A DNA stretch of 64,000 bases, from NCBI RefSeq assembly GCF_009914755.1, contig NC_060934.1; one strand, written 5' to 3'. The notes beneath the pieces were generated by a model, which was not told where the DNA came from, did not search any database, and worked only from the letters and a program-made list of their open reading frames with translations. This DNA is from the human T2T-CHM13v2.0 reference genome, Homo sapiens. The position numbers were made by a program, and so were the translations under genes. Positions 1 to 14,720 of the stretch are shown here, in pieces (the stretch's first letter is position 1; the number at the start of each line of letters is the position of its first letter).

Positions 1-619
1 ATCTCTTGCCATGGAATCCCTGGCCATGTCTTTCCCCCAGCATGGAGCATTTTGCTTTCTTCAATTCAGATTCTGCCCTGCACCCCCTTCCTGAGCTACT
101 GCCAACTCTAGACATGCTTGCTTTCTCCCTGCATCCCCATCATTTCCCTTTCATCAGTTTTTCTTTCTTGGTCAGAATTAAGTGGCCTGCAATAGTGGAA
201 AGGGATCTGAGCTAGGAACCTCAGTTCCCATTCTTATGACGACTAGCTATGTGACATGGGAAAATTACCTAACTTCTCTGAGCCTGGCTTTTGGTTTTTG
301 TCTTAATTTTAAATATCTAAGAGGGAATCCAATTAAATTCTCTTCATATTTTCCAGCTGTAGAACATGAGTGACACTGAATTCAGAGTAGCAGCCTCCTT
401 TGTTGCTTCTTTTTCCTTCTAAAAGGTAAAATGTTGAGCATAACAAGTTAAGAACTGACCAATCTTTGCTTTTGGAATTCTTGTCAACAAATCAGCCAAC
501 ATTCATGATCACCTTCTCTACATGAAGTTTATAAAGTTGAAAACTATGGGACCCCTGCCTTCAAAATTCACAGTTCAGAGGAGAAAACAAACATTAAATA
601 ATAACTGTGATACGAAGAG

Positions 620-1020
620 ATTCTAAATTTGGCTCTGCCACTTATTGGCTATCATAAGTTGTTCTGGGTAAATTACCTAATCTCTCTATCCCTCAGTTTC
701 CCCAGGTTAGGAGCTTAGCTGCCAGAGGCATGTTGCCAGGGTTGAGTTCTGGCTCCTCTGCCATCTGTGAGGCGTGTAACCTTGGGAAAGTTCCTTAATC
801 TCTGCACTTTCATTTCCCCATCTACAAAATGGGGACAATAATGTTTAAGTTCTTGTGAAAATTAAGTGAGTTAATATATGTAAGATTATCAGAGGAGTGC
901 CTGATATATACTAAGCACTTAATAAATGTTAGTTGCTGTTATTGTAAGGATTACATCAGTGCATGCATGTTAAGCATAGTGTCTGGTATCCAAGTAGAAA
1001 CTGGATCTGTTTTAGTTATT
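620..1020 (+). mobile_element. MIR fragments
   Basis: MIR core (ggctctgccactt, cctcagtttcc, aaaatgggg, taaatgttag). Similar MIRs at ~200-290, 2700-3070, 4550-5400, 10150-10280, 20590-20700, 23630-23770, 38740-38860, 43540-43770, 53280-53510. Confidence 0.75.
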
Positions 1021-1382
1021 ATTAGTACTATTTCTACAATAGAGGTTTGGATAGATGGCTGTTAGAATGCAGAGAAAGGAGAAATTAATGGTGAGGGAGG
1101 AGCTAACAGCCCTCTTGTATATGTCTGAGGAAACTCAATCCAGAAAAGCTCAGGAGATTTATAGCAAGTGAGCAACAAAACTAGGATTTCAATCCAGGAG
1201 ATGTTACTTCTGGTCCAGCATTGTGTTAGGGTCACTAGTACAGTTAGTGTCCCTAGAGGCCGGTGGGTGTGAATGGGTACAGCAAGCCTGAGGTCAGACA
1301 GGCCCACAGCCACCCCAGCCTCTCCCTATTCATGAACTCACTGAGTGTTTAGAAGCTAGGCTTGGTCAAGTACAGCAGGTAG

Positions 1383-2410
<1,028 letters not shown>

Positions 2411-3157
2411 GGGAAGACTGGGGGGCAGCCTGGGGGTGAACCCCTCAGAGGCGGAAGTAATGTGTGGAGTAGCTAGGCAGAGAGAGCACCTTCTGAGCAG
2501 AGGCCACCATCAGAACGGGCAGAGCCCCCATCCCCAGCACAGCTGGCCCCTGAGCCCCACTGCTCCCCCAGCCCTTGAGGCCCAAGGCCCATCACCCACT
2601 GGTCCCCCCACCTCCACGCTTTTCTCTTTTCTTCCCATATCACTTTTTGAGGTCATTTTCTGCCTGCGGATGAAGACTCAGTTTTCCCAAGACTGCTTCT
2701 TGCCAGCTGTGCAATCTTGCACATATTTTGAACTCTCCCTGAGCCTGTTTCCTCGTTTGTAAAATTGAACTAACAGTATCACTTTTGCAAGCATTCTGTG
2801 AAGACTGTGGATAATGTGTATAAAGTACCTTGAGCCTGCCCAGAACACAGTAAGTGCTCAGTAAATGATGATGGGTCCTTGACAGAGAAGGCAAACATGG
2901 TAGAGTGGAGAGAGCTTCAGAGTCCGACATCCCTGAGTTCACATCCAGGCTCTGCTGCTTCCTAGCTGTGCAGTGTTGAACAAATAATTTTGCCTCTCTA
3001 AGACTATTTCCTTTTCTAGAAAATGAGAGTAATAATAAGTACCTCGTAAAGTTTGAAGAGGTTGATGAGTGTAGGTGAAAGCCCTAATATCATTACTTTC
3101 TCCATAGACAGATAGATGTTTGTATTTGAGCTTAGAAAACTGAAGTTAGTGTAATTC

Positions 3158-3452
3158 TTTTTTTTTTTTTTTTTTTTCTGAGACAGAGTCTCACTCTGTC
3201 ACCCAGGCTGGCATGATCTCAACTCACTGCAACCTCCGCCTCCTGGGTTCAAGCGATTCTCCTGCCTCAGGCCTCCCAAGTAACTGGGATTACAGGCGCC
3301 CACCACTACACCCAGCTAATTTTTTGTATTTTTAGTAGAGATGGGGTTTTACCATGTTGGCCAGGCTGGTCTCGAATTCATGACCTTGTGATTCACCTGC
3401 CTCAAGCCTCCCAAGGTGCTGGGATTATAGGAGTGAGCCACCGCGCCCGGCC
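3158..3452 (-). mobile_element. Alu (S-like)
   Basis: TSD aagttagtgtaattctt. Confidence 0.95.
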
Positions 3453-3611
3453 AAAGTTAGTGTAATTCTTTGCTATACTTAAATTCTTCTCAAATACCTC
3501 ATCTTGCTTCCTGGGATTTGATGGGCAACCCCGTTCATCCCACCCTGATTTTGTAGACTTTGATGAGCCTTGGTGCTTTCTGCCCAAGCAAATGACATCA
3601 TTTCATTTTCA

Positions 3612-3937
3612 TTTTCTTTATTTTTCTTTTCTTTTCTTCCTTTTTTTTTTTTTTTTTTTTTGAGACAGGGTCTCACTCTGTTGTCCAGGCTGAATGCAGT
3701 GGCACTATCTTAGCTCACTGCAGCCTTGACCTCCCAGGCTTAAGCAATACTCCCGCCTCAGCCTCCTGAGTAGCTGAGCCACAGGTGCATACAACTATGC
3801 CCAGCTAATTTTTTATTTTTGTAAAGATGAGTCTCGCTATGTTGCCCAGGCTGGTCTCACACTCCTGGACACAAGCAATCCTCCAGCCTCAGCCTCCCAA
3901 AGTGTTGGGATTACAGGCATGAGCCACTATGCCTGGC
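3612..3937 (-). mobile_element. Alu (J-like)
   Basis: Poly-T plus reverse dimer. Confidence 0.95.
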
Positions 3938-6900
3938 CCATTATTTCATTTTATCTATTACCACCACCCCCAACTGTCTCTTGTCCCTTGCAGTGACCCT
4001 TCTGTCCCTAGCCCTGTTCCCAAGACAGGGTTCAGGGGGTGTCTCCCTCCCCAAGCTGCTGAGAACCCACTGGACAACTCCATTCATGACTGGCCAGTGC
4101 CAGGGCCCTGACCTGGGGTGAGAGGTGTGAGATAGGGCCCAGCTCCAGGGCCACCCAGGAATAGATGGGGAGTGAGTGCAGGGCTGAATGAATGAGGAGA
4201 TGAGATATTTTGGTTGAGGAGTAAAGACATTTTTAATAGTGATTTTAGAAGTAGCACATACTAATTGCACAAAGCCTGGATGGTATGGAAAAACTTAGAT
4301 GAAAAGAAAATAAAAATTGCTTGTGATTGGGAAGTAACCACTGTCACCATGCCGGCAGCTCTCCTTCCAGTCAAGTTGATCTTTGGTTTTGGAGTTCTCT
4401 TCGTTTGCCTGGAGACTAGGGTCCTGCTGTCAGTAGCCCCACACTCTGGGCTCTGGCTGGGCAGGCAGCCACTCTGTCCGTCTATTTAGTCCACAGCTGT
4501 CAGGGCACCTGCCCTGTGCCAGGATCCCCAGCAAATGTCCCCTTGAGCCAGTCACTTGCCCTCGCTTCACCTGCACCTCATTTACTCTGAGCCTCAGTTT
4601 CCTCCCCAGTAAAAAGGGATTAAAATCCCTACCTACCTTGGAGAGTGGTTGGGAAGCCCATATAACCTAAGATCTATGAAGACCTTTTGTTAAATGCTAA
4701 GCAAATAGGAAACAGTCAGATAAGAAGACAATATGAGCTTTGTTATCCTCGAAAGAATAATCTATGTCAAAGTTTTGACTCAGCAGTTTGTTTAATCGAA
4801 TTAATTTATTTACATACTATCTGTGTTCCAAAAAGACCTGTAGTAGCTCACCCCCTTGAGAGTGCTCATGCCACAGTGGACAGAGCACCTGGAATGGCCC
4901 AGTCCTGGGAGTCCCATTCCCCAGTTGTGTGACCTTGGAAAAGTCACTGCCCACCCCTGCTAGTTATGGTAACATGAAAAATTTGGACCAGACATCCTCT
5001 AATCATCTGGGCACAGTCTGCACTCAGCCAGCACCTGTGCCACAGGCTGTAGCCTCCATTTGGGGAGGGTGCCAGGCAAAGAACGAGGGATGCCGAGAGG
5101 AAGGCTGTGCCCTGGATGGAGCCAAGTGGCCTTCAACTGGGCCCACTGTGTTTGGCACCCAGGCTGCAGAGTGAAATGATTTAGAGGGCAAGCTCTGTAC
5201 TCCGACAGACCTGGATTCAAATCTGGCTGTCATTTACTAGCTTCATGGCCTTTGACAAGCTACTTAACCTCTCTTTGCTTCAGCTTCCTTATCTTTAAAA
5301 TGGTTATCATAGTAGTTCCCTCACAGGGTTGTCGGAAGGATTAAATGAGCTCTGTAAATAACAGCAATGGCATGTAATGAGTTCTTGATACTTGTGAGCT
5401 GCTACAGAATGGGAGCTGGGCAGGGGGCAGACGGAGAATGAGGCTGAACCCTCCCTCTATGGGGACTGACTAGCACACGGTCCCTTCCTTGCTCTGTTTG
5501 GTCTTATTAAACCCACAGCCACCATATTTTCCAGCCCCAATCTAAAAATGTGGCCAGAGAATGGGGAAGAATACTGGAAATCAGAATTCCTCCTGAAAGC
5601 CCAGGACACATGACCAGCAGCCTCCAGCCCTCTTGGTGCAGGGAGTTCAAATGTAGATGTGTTCTCCAGGCCCCAGTCTTAAGCAGCCTCTGCCACCTGC
5701 TTTGGATGGCAGCTCAGCAGCCCCGGGGTTAAGTTCTGCTGCTCACCAGGAACACAGTGTTCTCTGTCTATTGGTAGAGGCACCAGAGATGGGCAGGATG
5801 GTGTTGCTGAGAGTGGAAAAGGCCTGTGCGTCAGAGCTGATGCTGTTAGAGGCTAACAAGCAGTGGGGATAGCACATCTTTTGCTAGCCAGGGATGTGTG
5901 GGGCTTACCTGATGAGAGACTGGGTGTCCTTGGGTGCCAGGCCAGTCAGATGGCCAGTCCCAAAACCTTCTGCCAGAGGTATGGCTTTGAATGCCACCCG
6001 GGAGAGTCTGAGTACCTACTCGGGGCCATTCCTGATGCTGGAGCTGCAGAAATGCATTAGTCACGGTCCCTGCCACAAGGTGCTCTTTGACTGGCTGCTG
6101 GGCCTGGGGGCAAAGGGGCTGTTGGATAGGGGATCTTCTTTGAAATGGATGGTGTCTAATCACTCACGCGCTCTCCTTCCCTGCTCACTAGATTAAGATC
6201 TGCTTTTACATCCTAGAAACCTAGATTAAGATCGGCTTCTGCTTCCACCTCTGTTTCAGCCCAGCTCTGCCAGACAGCCCTTCAACAGCTGGGCCTAACA
6301 GTGGTCTCTTTCTTCCTCCTTGCCGTCCCGTCTGAGACTTTGCCCTTGGAAAGTCCCATGCCGAGCTCGCTCCCCATCTTCCCGGGAGAACCCTCTAGGT
6401 GGTCAGCACTGACAGCTGTCTTCCTTCTTTCCTTTTTGACTCTTCCTCCTTTACTCTCTTCTTCTTTTCCTCCTCCTCTCCTTCCCCTGCAAAGCCACCC
6501 TCATCCAGGCCCTGGGCAGAGAAGGTATCAGGACACCCAGTCTTCAGCGAAAGTAGAGCCAGCTGGTTTTATTCCTGCAGTAAGTGTCCTCACCCCAGCC
6601 AGCACTTCCAGCTTCTGGTGCGGAAGGCTTCTTCCCTTTCTTCCCCTCCTTCTTTCTGCCCTTCCACGCCTCTGGGCTTCCTCCTTCCCTGAGCTTATCC
6701 TCCTTGGACCTTCTGATCCAGGGCTTCTCCCAACCTCCTTTCCTCATTCCCTTCCTGCCCTCTCTCCTTGCCTTCATTCCTCCCTTCCTTCCCTAGCTGA
6801 TGGAAGGATGCCACCCCCTCCTCTGGAAAGAGCCCTTGAGAGCCTATGGTACGTGTGGTGTATTTGGAGGGCTGGCTGGCTGTCCCCCACCAGTAATGCC

Positions 6901-7289
6901 ACTGCCCTCTCCTGGGCCCTGCGGCTCACCTCCCTGCACCCCATAAGTTTCTTTGTGCTCCTTCGCCATTCATCATGACTGCTGCCTTCCTTCTCCTACA
7001 GGAGTTCCCGCAAGCCTCCTCCAGCCTCTCTGGGGGGTGGGGGTTCTCCGCATGCTTTCATCACACCACTTTGTTTTCCTTCTCCTCTAACGCCTCCTTT
7101 CTCCTCCCCACTTCCCTCTCCTCTGCTTCCCCGCCTCCCACTGCCACCTCTTCCAGTAGCAGGCTTCCTTAGCCTTTGCCTCCTTTCCCTCCCCCTTCCC
7201 CTCCTTTGCTGCCTCTGTAACCTGTCTTACCACCAGGGCCTGAGTATACAAAAAAATAAATAAATAAATAAAAAGGTCAGTGAGTGGAG

Positions 7290-7620
7290 GGAGCAGCAAT
7301 AACCCCTAAAACAGTACTATCAGTGGAACATGATTGATCAATTGAATTCCATAGCGGCTGAAAAATGTGGGATTAAGTAGTGTATTATACGCACAATGAG
7401 TTGAGGCATGATGTTCATTTCAAGTTCATTTCGCCGGCCTCTGCCACCAGATCAGGCAATCAATAGGGGCAGCAGATATCATATATCACCTCTCTGCGGG
7501 CCGGGGAGAGAGCACCATAATCTCTCGCAAATTTAGAGTGACAGATTTGTCAAGATCTGAAGGGCCCCTGAATAAATGAAGGCAAAGAGACTCCTCCAGC
7601 CAGTGACCTGAGGACAAAGC
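7290..7620. promoter_or_regulatory. Candidate intronic enhancer / CNE
   Basis: TGATTGAT (7331, PBX-type), GGATTA (7370, K50 homeodomain), TGACAG (7539, MEIS-type). Confidence 0.55.
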
Positions 7621-7633
7621 TTCAGTTCAGCCC

Positions 7634-7635
<2 letters not shown>

Positions 7636-7669
<34 letters not shown>

Positions 7670-7690
7670 AGTGAGCCAAGCCACACACAG
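7636..7690. repeat. (CA)n microsatellite
   Basis: Seen directly. Confidence 0.9.
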
Positions 7691-8309
7691 ACAGGCATAT
7701 ACACAAATCTACACAGAGGCATGAGGAGAGTCCTGCCACACATGCACACACATAATGTGTGAACACACGCTCACAAATACACCCTCTCTGCCCCTACAAT
7801 AACCATATATGAAGATATTTGATGCTTTCCTCAGCCCTGAGAGTCCGGCTTCCCCAAAAGGTAGGAGGGCTCCAGGAAGGGAGAATCAAACACAATAGGA
7901 CACGCAAATAGCTACAGGGAGTGAAATGAGGATGATGGCACATCCTGAAAAAAGAAGTAGGCACAGGAGAAACGGGGCATGTGGCCTCACAGTCCTCATG
8001 CAATCACACACAGACACACACATTCTTTCAGGAAGCTTCTCATTCTATTTCCACACATGCAGACCCTTGTTTATCTGGACGTTTATATATGTACAAGCGC
8101 GTAGACACGCAATACTCACACAAAAGGGAAAAATAAATTTACCACACTTCAACTTTCAACTCATATGTTGATGCATACATCCCGTAAGACTGAAATGATT
8201 CCAGAGCCTTATGCAGAAGAAACCACAACCACCAAGTTTTGTGTTCATGGGAACAAATACCATTGAAGCTGCTTCTGTCTGTCTTCTTCAGATGTGGTCC
8301 TGGTCTTGA

Positions 8310-8384
8310 TCTCTGTCTCTCTCTCCCTCTCTTTCTCTCTCTCCTTCTCTCTCTCTCTCTCTCTCCTTCTCTCTCTCTCTCTCT

Positions 8385-8429
<45 letters not shown>
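8310..8429. repeat. Compound (CT)n-(CA)n microsatellite
   Basis: Seen directly. Confidence 0.95.
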
Positions 8430-8431
<2 letters not shown>

Positions 8432-9521
8432 TCTTTGCTTTCCCACCCCCTCCAGAATAGATATGGAGGGAAGATGGGAGGTCACATTAGGAAAGCAAAC
8501 CCCATGCTCGGTCTGGGAGGCCAGCAAGGGAGGATGGCTGCAGGTTGAGTTAATCAATATGTAATATTTTCTATGGTCTCCTGAATGATACTGTATGGTG
8601 TTACTGTATATAATGCAATATTGATTATATCATATCGTATAATCACCTATAAACTGATATATATAACATTCCCAGAGGAACACCCTGGGGCCTCCGGCAT
8701 GGGCTGGCCCCAGGCCCAAGGCTCCTCAGCTGGTCTTGGGCTGAGGGAAGCCTGGAGTGACCAAGCTGGTATGGGGTTTGGGGGGGAAACCCCACTTTGG
8801 GGGGCTGCAAGGTGTGGGTTCAGAGAGAGGCCACAGAGCAGGCACATTGCCTACTGTACACCTTGAAAACTCCAAGGAACCGACGCTGGGAGGCAAGGAT
8901 AGGGGAGGGCTGAGAACGCCTGAGGAAAGGGGACATGGAGACAGGATTGGCCTGTAGACTCAGGGGAGCAGGCACCGCTGTGATAAGACTCTGCTCCCTC
9001 TGGAGACTTGCAGGAGGAACCAGGTGACCAAGAAACTGGCTCCTGTAGGAGGCTTGAGCCTGGGTCTAGGTTGGAGACAGAGGCCGAGAAGGCGGCCAGG
9101 GCATAGAGGCATCCACAGGGGCCCTTCTGTGGGCTCTGCCCAAGCGGGAGCTTTGCTGCTCTAGCGACACCTCTTTCCTCCCGCTTGGTTTCCCTCTGGC
9201 CTCAGTCCTGGCCCAACCCAAGCAGAGTGCCTCAGCTCTGCCTCAGAGCCCCTCCTCCCTCAGGGCGAAGTTGATTACTTCACCCAGTCTCCAGGTTACA
9301 CTCGGCCTCGGAAATTTGATGGTTTTCAACCCTTGGAATTAGTGGAACTGAAATTCATCTCGGAGCCGAGTTCAATTCTCCACAGGCTCAGTAATGCCAG
9401 TCTGAGACACCCAGCTTCTTTCTTCCCCAGGCTGGCCCTGGCTTGGGGGCAGGGGGTGGTTCAGGGAGACATGCCCCAGGGAGCTGGCTCCTGGGAGCCC
9501 CCTGGCTCCACCTCTGCCTAA

Positions 9522-10199
<678 letters not shown>

Positions 10200-10629
10200 T
10201 AAATCATCTCTGTTCAGAGCCTCGGTTTCCCCATCTATAGAATGAAGGGCTTGGATGTAGGGTTTGTCAAGTCCCTTCTAGCTCCGCTTTTCTGTGGTTC
10301 TTGCATGGAGTACTCAGGAACATCCTCTTGCTGTGTCCCTTGCCCACACCCCCTCAGGGTCCTACAGAAAGTCTACGCTAGACTGGGGAGCTCTCCTTGC
10401 CCAGTGTCAGGAGAGCCTGCCTGTGCCTGCCTCCTGCTCCCCAAGCCAGCAATTCAATGGAACCCTAGGTAGGCTGGCAGCTTCCCACTTACACCCAACA
10501 CTTTCTGCAGACACTGAGCAGCCCAGGACACATAGCATGGGGCACAGCATGTAACACACCAGCAAAACGCACAACGCAGAAACCATCTCCGAACTTTTCT
10601 ATGTGCTGGTGTGCATGTGCTCACACTCC

Positions 10630-10925
10630 ACCATCCACCTGCTCCCCTCACCCACAGCCCATGGTACTGTGCTCACACACCACTGTCCACCTGCTCCCCC
10701 ACCCACAGCCCACGGTACTGTGCTCACACACCACCGCCCACCTGCTCCCTCACCCACAGCCCACGGTACTGTGCTCACACACCACCGCCCACCTGTTCCC
10801 TCACCCACAGCCCACGGTACTGTGCTCACACACCACTGTCCACCTGCTCCCCCGACCACAGCCCACGGTACTGTGCTCACACACCACCGCCCACCTGCTC
10901 CCTCACCCACAGCCCACGGTACTCA
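10630..10925. repeat. 51-bp minisatellite, ~5.5 copies
   Basis: Unit CCCACAGCCCACGGTACTGTGCTCACACACCACCGCCCACCTGCTCCCTCA; 17-aa periodicity in the ORF track. Confidence 0.95.
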
Positions 10926-11259
10926 CAGCTAGCCCCGGCAGCCGCATGGAGCCAGTGGGTGTGTGCTGCCCCCAGATCACCAGCTCAGCATACCCCTAGC
11001 ATATGCCTCCACCCACATACGCTGGGTGGAGCCCCCAGCACACCCGCTCCCACACAGGGGCACACTCCCATCCCTGCTACACATGCAGCCCAGGCCAGGC
11101 CCACAGTCACAGCACAAGACAGCATTGCTGTGCTTGCATGCATGCACACACGCACCCACACATGCACGTCAGTGCAGCCCCACAGCGTTGAACGCTGTAG
11201 TTCCACTCTTAAGACTCCAACAGCTCCCAGCCACTCGCCTTTCTCCCCGCCCGTCCTTT

Positions 11260-11900
11260 TATCCCATAAGCTGTTTGTCTTCATAAAACAAAAATCAAAA
11301 GTCTTTTTAAGGTGCCCTGAGCCATAAACCAACAAAGGAGGAGCTGGCCGAGGCGGGCGGCTCAGTGCACCCTCCCTGAGTCCCCGCCTGTATTACAATG
11401 AATAACCTTTATTTACTTTCATTAGACTATTAAACACCAGCACAGTCATTTTTCCCCCTGAAACTCGGAGCAGGGCCCATAAAGCAAATCCGAAGCCTAA
11501 TTGAGTTCATTTTAATTTCTCTCCGATCACAGCGAATTACTCTGGTGATAAATCAGGGGGCAGCTTCACCCCCAGTAGAAGGCCTAATTTGCAGCTAATT
11601 ACAAAACTGATTTCTACAGGAAGATCAATACGAGAAGGAATTGGAAATGACGAGGCAATCCCGTCCAGCCATGGAGGGGAGGGGGTACTCTAGGGGGGCC
11701 AGGAAGCGGAAGGGAAAAAAACAGACCCGAAAGAGCAGGAAATCAGTTTTAATTTAACGTAATATTAATCAGAGCAACTTTTCCTGCTTTGTGCAGGCTC
11801 CCGGTCTGCCCAGCTCTGGGGTCTGGCTTGGCCGTGGCTGCAATAAAAAGGCAATTACCCGAGTGTTTCAGGCAGGACACCCTTTCAGAGTCAATGACTG
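11260..11900. promoter_or_regulatory. Candidate intronic enhancer / CNE
   Basis: Many TAAT/ATTA cores, CCATAAA (11477), TGATAAAT (11546); an AT-richer island in a GC-rich intron. Confidence 0.55.
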
Positions 11901-12235
11901 GCCCCCTCCTACCCTTCTGTTAGCCATGTGGACTCTCCCCCTCCCCAATTTCATACCCCAGTGCACAGGCAGACAGCGAGGGGCCCATGGGGCTGTCACT
12001 GTTTGTTTTTAAAAAAGGGGCGCCCATACCCGATCAGCCAGCAGTGCCAGGCTGAAGGCCCCACTAGGCCCTTCTCCCAGCTACTGGCTCTGCCAGTCAT
12101 GTCATGGTTCCCCCTCCTCCCCAAGGCTCCTCGACATCCCATGCCTCTCAACAAGGGTATCCCCACTACTACACCCTACCCGCAGGGGTGCTTAGGCAGG
12201 AGATGCTACAGAAACATAAAGGGTGCTGGCATTAA

Positions 12236-12655
<420 letters not shown>

Positions 12656-14309
12656 TGAGGCCCAGTGTGAGGAGCAGGTCCCCCACCGTGATATTTACAG
12701 AGAGAACGAGGCTTCTAAAACCAGGGTGCTTCCTGAACAGGGGTGTGCAGATGTGGGGAGAAAAAAACTGGGGTCAGGGCATCTGTGGGCTTCAACCTGG
12801 AAAGGCTGATGCTAGGAGGGGCTGTTGCCAGTTCTTCCTCCTGTCCTTCGCCTCTCCCTTTGTCTATTTCTCTTCCCTCTCCCAAGTTGCCCAGAATCAT
12901 GAGCCTCTTGTTAGGATGTCTGCAGAAAGCAAATAAGCCAGGCTGGTGAGAGTGGAGCATGGGTACCCAGTGTCCAGCCTCCACACTTGGGTCTCCAAGG
13001 CTCCTGGGGGACCCGCTTACCGCTCCCTCCAGGCAGCATGGGTGATCATGGCTTTGGGCTTGAGGGCATGGCACCCAGCTCTGTGGAGTTTGAGATGAGT
13101 ACAATTATTCCAGCCTTCCTCCTGCTTCCCAGAGAGGTCAGTGACACCAAGGCTTGATTTCAAGGCCAGGTAGGATCAGGCTTGGCCCACAATCAAATGC
13201 AGAGCTAGGGGCGCCATGGCCAGGAGCCCCTACAAATGAAGAGCAGCAGGGCCAGTTAGTTTGGAAGGGGAGGTGGAGTCCAGGGAAGGCCGCAGAGCTC
13301 CAGGCTGTGGAATGCACGTGCCACTGCAGAAGGGTTTCCAGGCCAGGAGACTGCCCAAATGGGAGAGACACGCATTGAGGTGTTATTAAAATTCACCTAA
13401 TTATTCTGGAGACACTAAAGCCAATGTGCCGTTTGTTCCTTGGGAGACAGGATGATTGAGAAGGGTCTCGGTGGGGATTGGGAGACACTGAGGCGTTACC
13501 TGCAGAGCGAGGCAAGCGGAGGTGGCCTGCGGACCCAGCAGCAGGGCTGCAGAGCCAGCGGCAAAGGCAGGGAACAGGCACCGCCCACTCTAGGACTGGG
13601 CCCTGGTTCTGCCTGTGAGCTGGTCTGAGTGCGGCTGCATTTGAGCCTGAGCTGGGCTCAGTGGCCACCCAGCCTCCACCTGGGGGCTTAGGAGAGCCCT
13701 GTCAGTTTTCCCAGCCTCTCCCTAAGGGGCTGTACTGGTACAACTGTTTCCAGCCTAGATCTTTGGCTAGGGAGTCAGAGGTTGAATTCTAGAAGTGTTG
13801 GAGACCTGGACTGGGCTTTCGGGAGTGACGACCTTAGCTGGGTTAGCTGGGCCAGGACACAGCCCATGACCAAATGGCCCTCAGCATGAGCCATCCTTCG
13901 CCCAGCTGGGAAGCTCTCTGACCTGCTAGGTATTCTGACCCAAGGCAGAGAGACGGCCCAGGCCAGGCCACCTTTCTCCTGACCTGCTCAGAAGTACAGT
14001 GGTCACTTCCCAAAGATGGCCACTCCAGGCACTGTTCAAAGAGAACCCGGGAGACTTCTCTAACCCCATCTGCTGCCCAGCGCTCAGGCCATAGTCTAGA
14101 AGGCAAGGGCTTCCTAGGGTGGAGCTATGGATCTTCAGGGTAGGGCTCCTGCCACAGGAGACCCAGGGGCTGGTACAGAGAAGTGCCTCCACCTTGAGCA
14201 GCCCCCACCCGCCTCCCCCCCATGGCCCTGGAACAGTCCCAGCTCAGCCTGGGAACATCTCCGGCTGATCCATCTGGATCCAAGTGTGAGAAAAGTTCAT
14301 TTCAGACCC

Positions 14310-14720
14310 AGCTTGACATTCCCAGGTGGCAAGTTAGCACTAACATCTCAATCTGTATGCGACATTTCAATCAAGCGAGGAGTAACAAAAGCAGAACCAT
14401 TAACATTCGGAGCTGTTCACCAGTGGTAATGACGGGGAAACTCGCTCAGAAACTGGAAATTACCAAAAAGAGACAAGTGTGTGGAGAGGTGGGGGAGGGA
14501 AGATGGGGATAGGGGTAGGGAATGATTTTTCCACACTTAGGCCAAGATCCACTGTTTGGATTAATAGTGCCATTACCCAAGAAAGAGCTGCAGATTATGC
14601 TCATTCTTAAAATGTTTTTGCTGGCAATTAAACTGCTGCAGTTATTGATCTTTGTTGATTTTATGTCCTCCTAATTTGCATAATCTATTAAAGATGAATG
14701 ATTTATGATGTGTTTATTAT
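14310..14720. promoter_or_regulatory. Candidate intronic enhancer / CNE
   Basis: TCAAGCG paired-like half site (14371), GGATTA (14558), CTTTGTT (14650), octamer ATTTGCAT (14674), TGATTTAT (14699). Confidence 0.6.

Noticed and set aside
6188-6240. Short direct repeat ctagattaagatc (a similar case lies at ~20565-20610)
   Set aside because: Ordinary microduplication with no supporting context.
6301-6978. 225-aa Leu/Pro/Ser-rich ORF
   Set aside because: Product of a CT-rich tract lacking stops; no domain.
7249-7275. Overlapping AATAAA hexamers
   Set aside because: A simple (AATA)n repeat with no downstream GU-rich element.
10599-11327. Repetitive ORFs in several frames; superficially CRISPR-like periodicity
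   Set aside because: A stop-free 51-bp tandem repeat with no unique spacers, in a eukaryotic intron.
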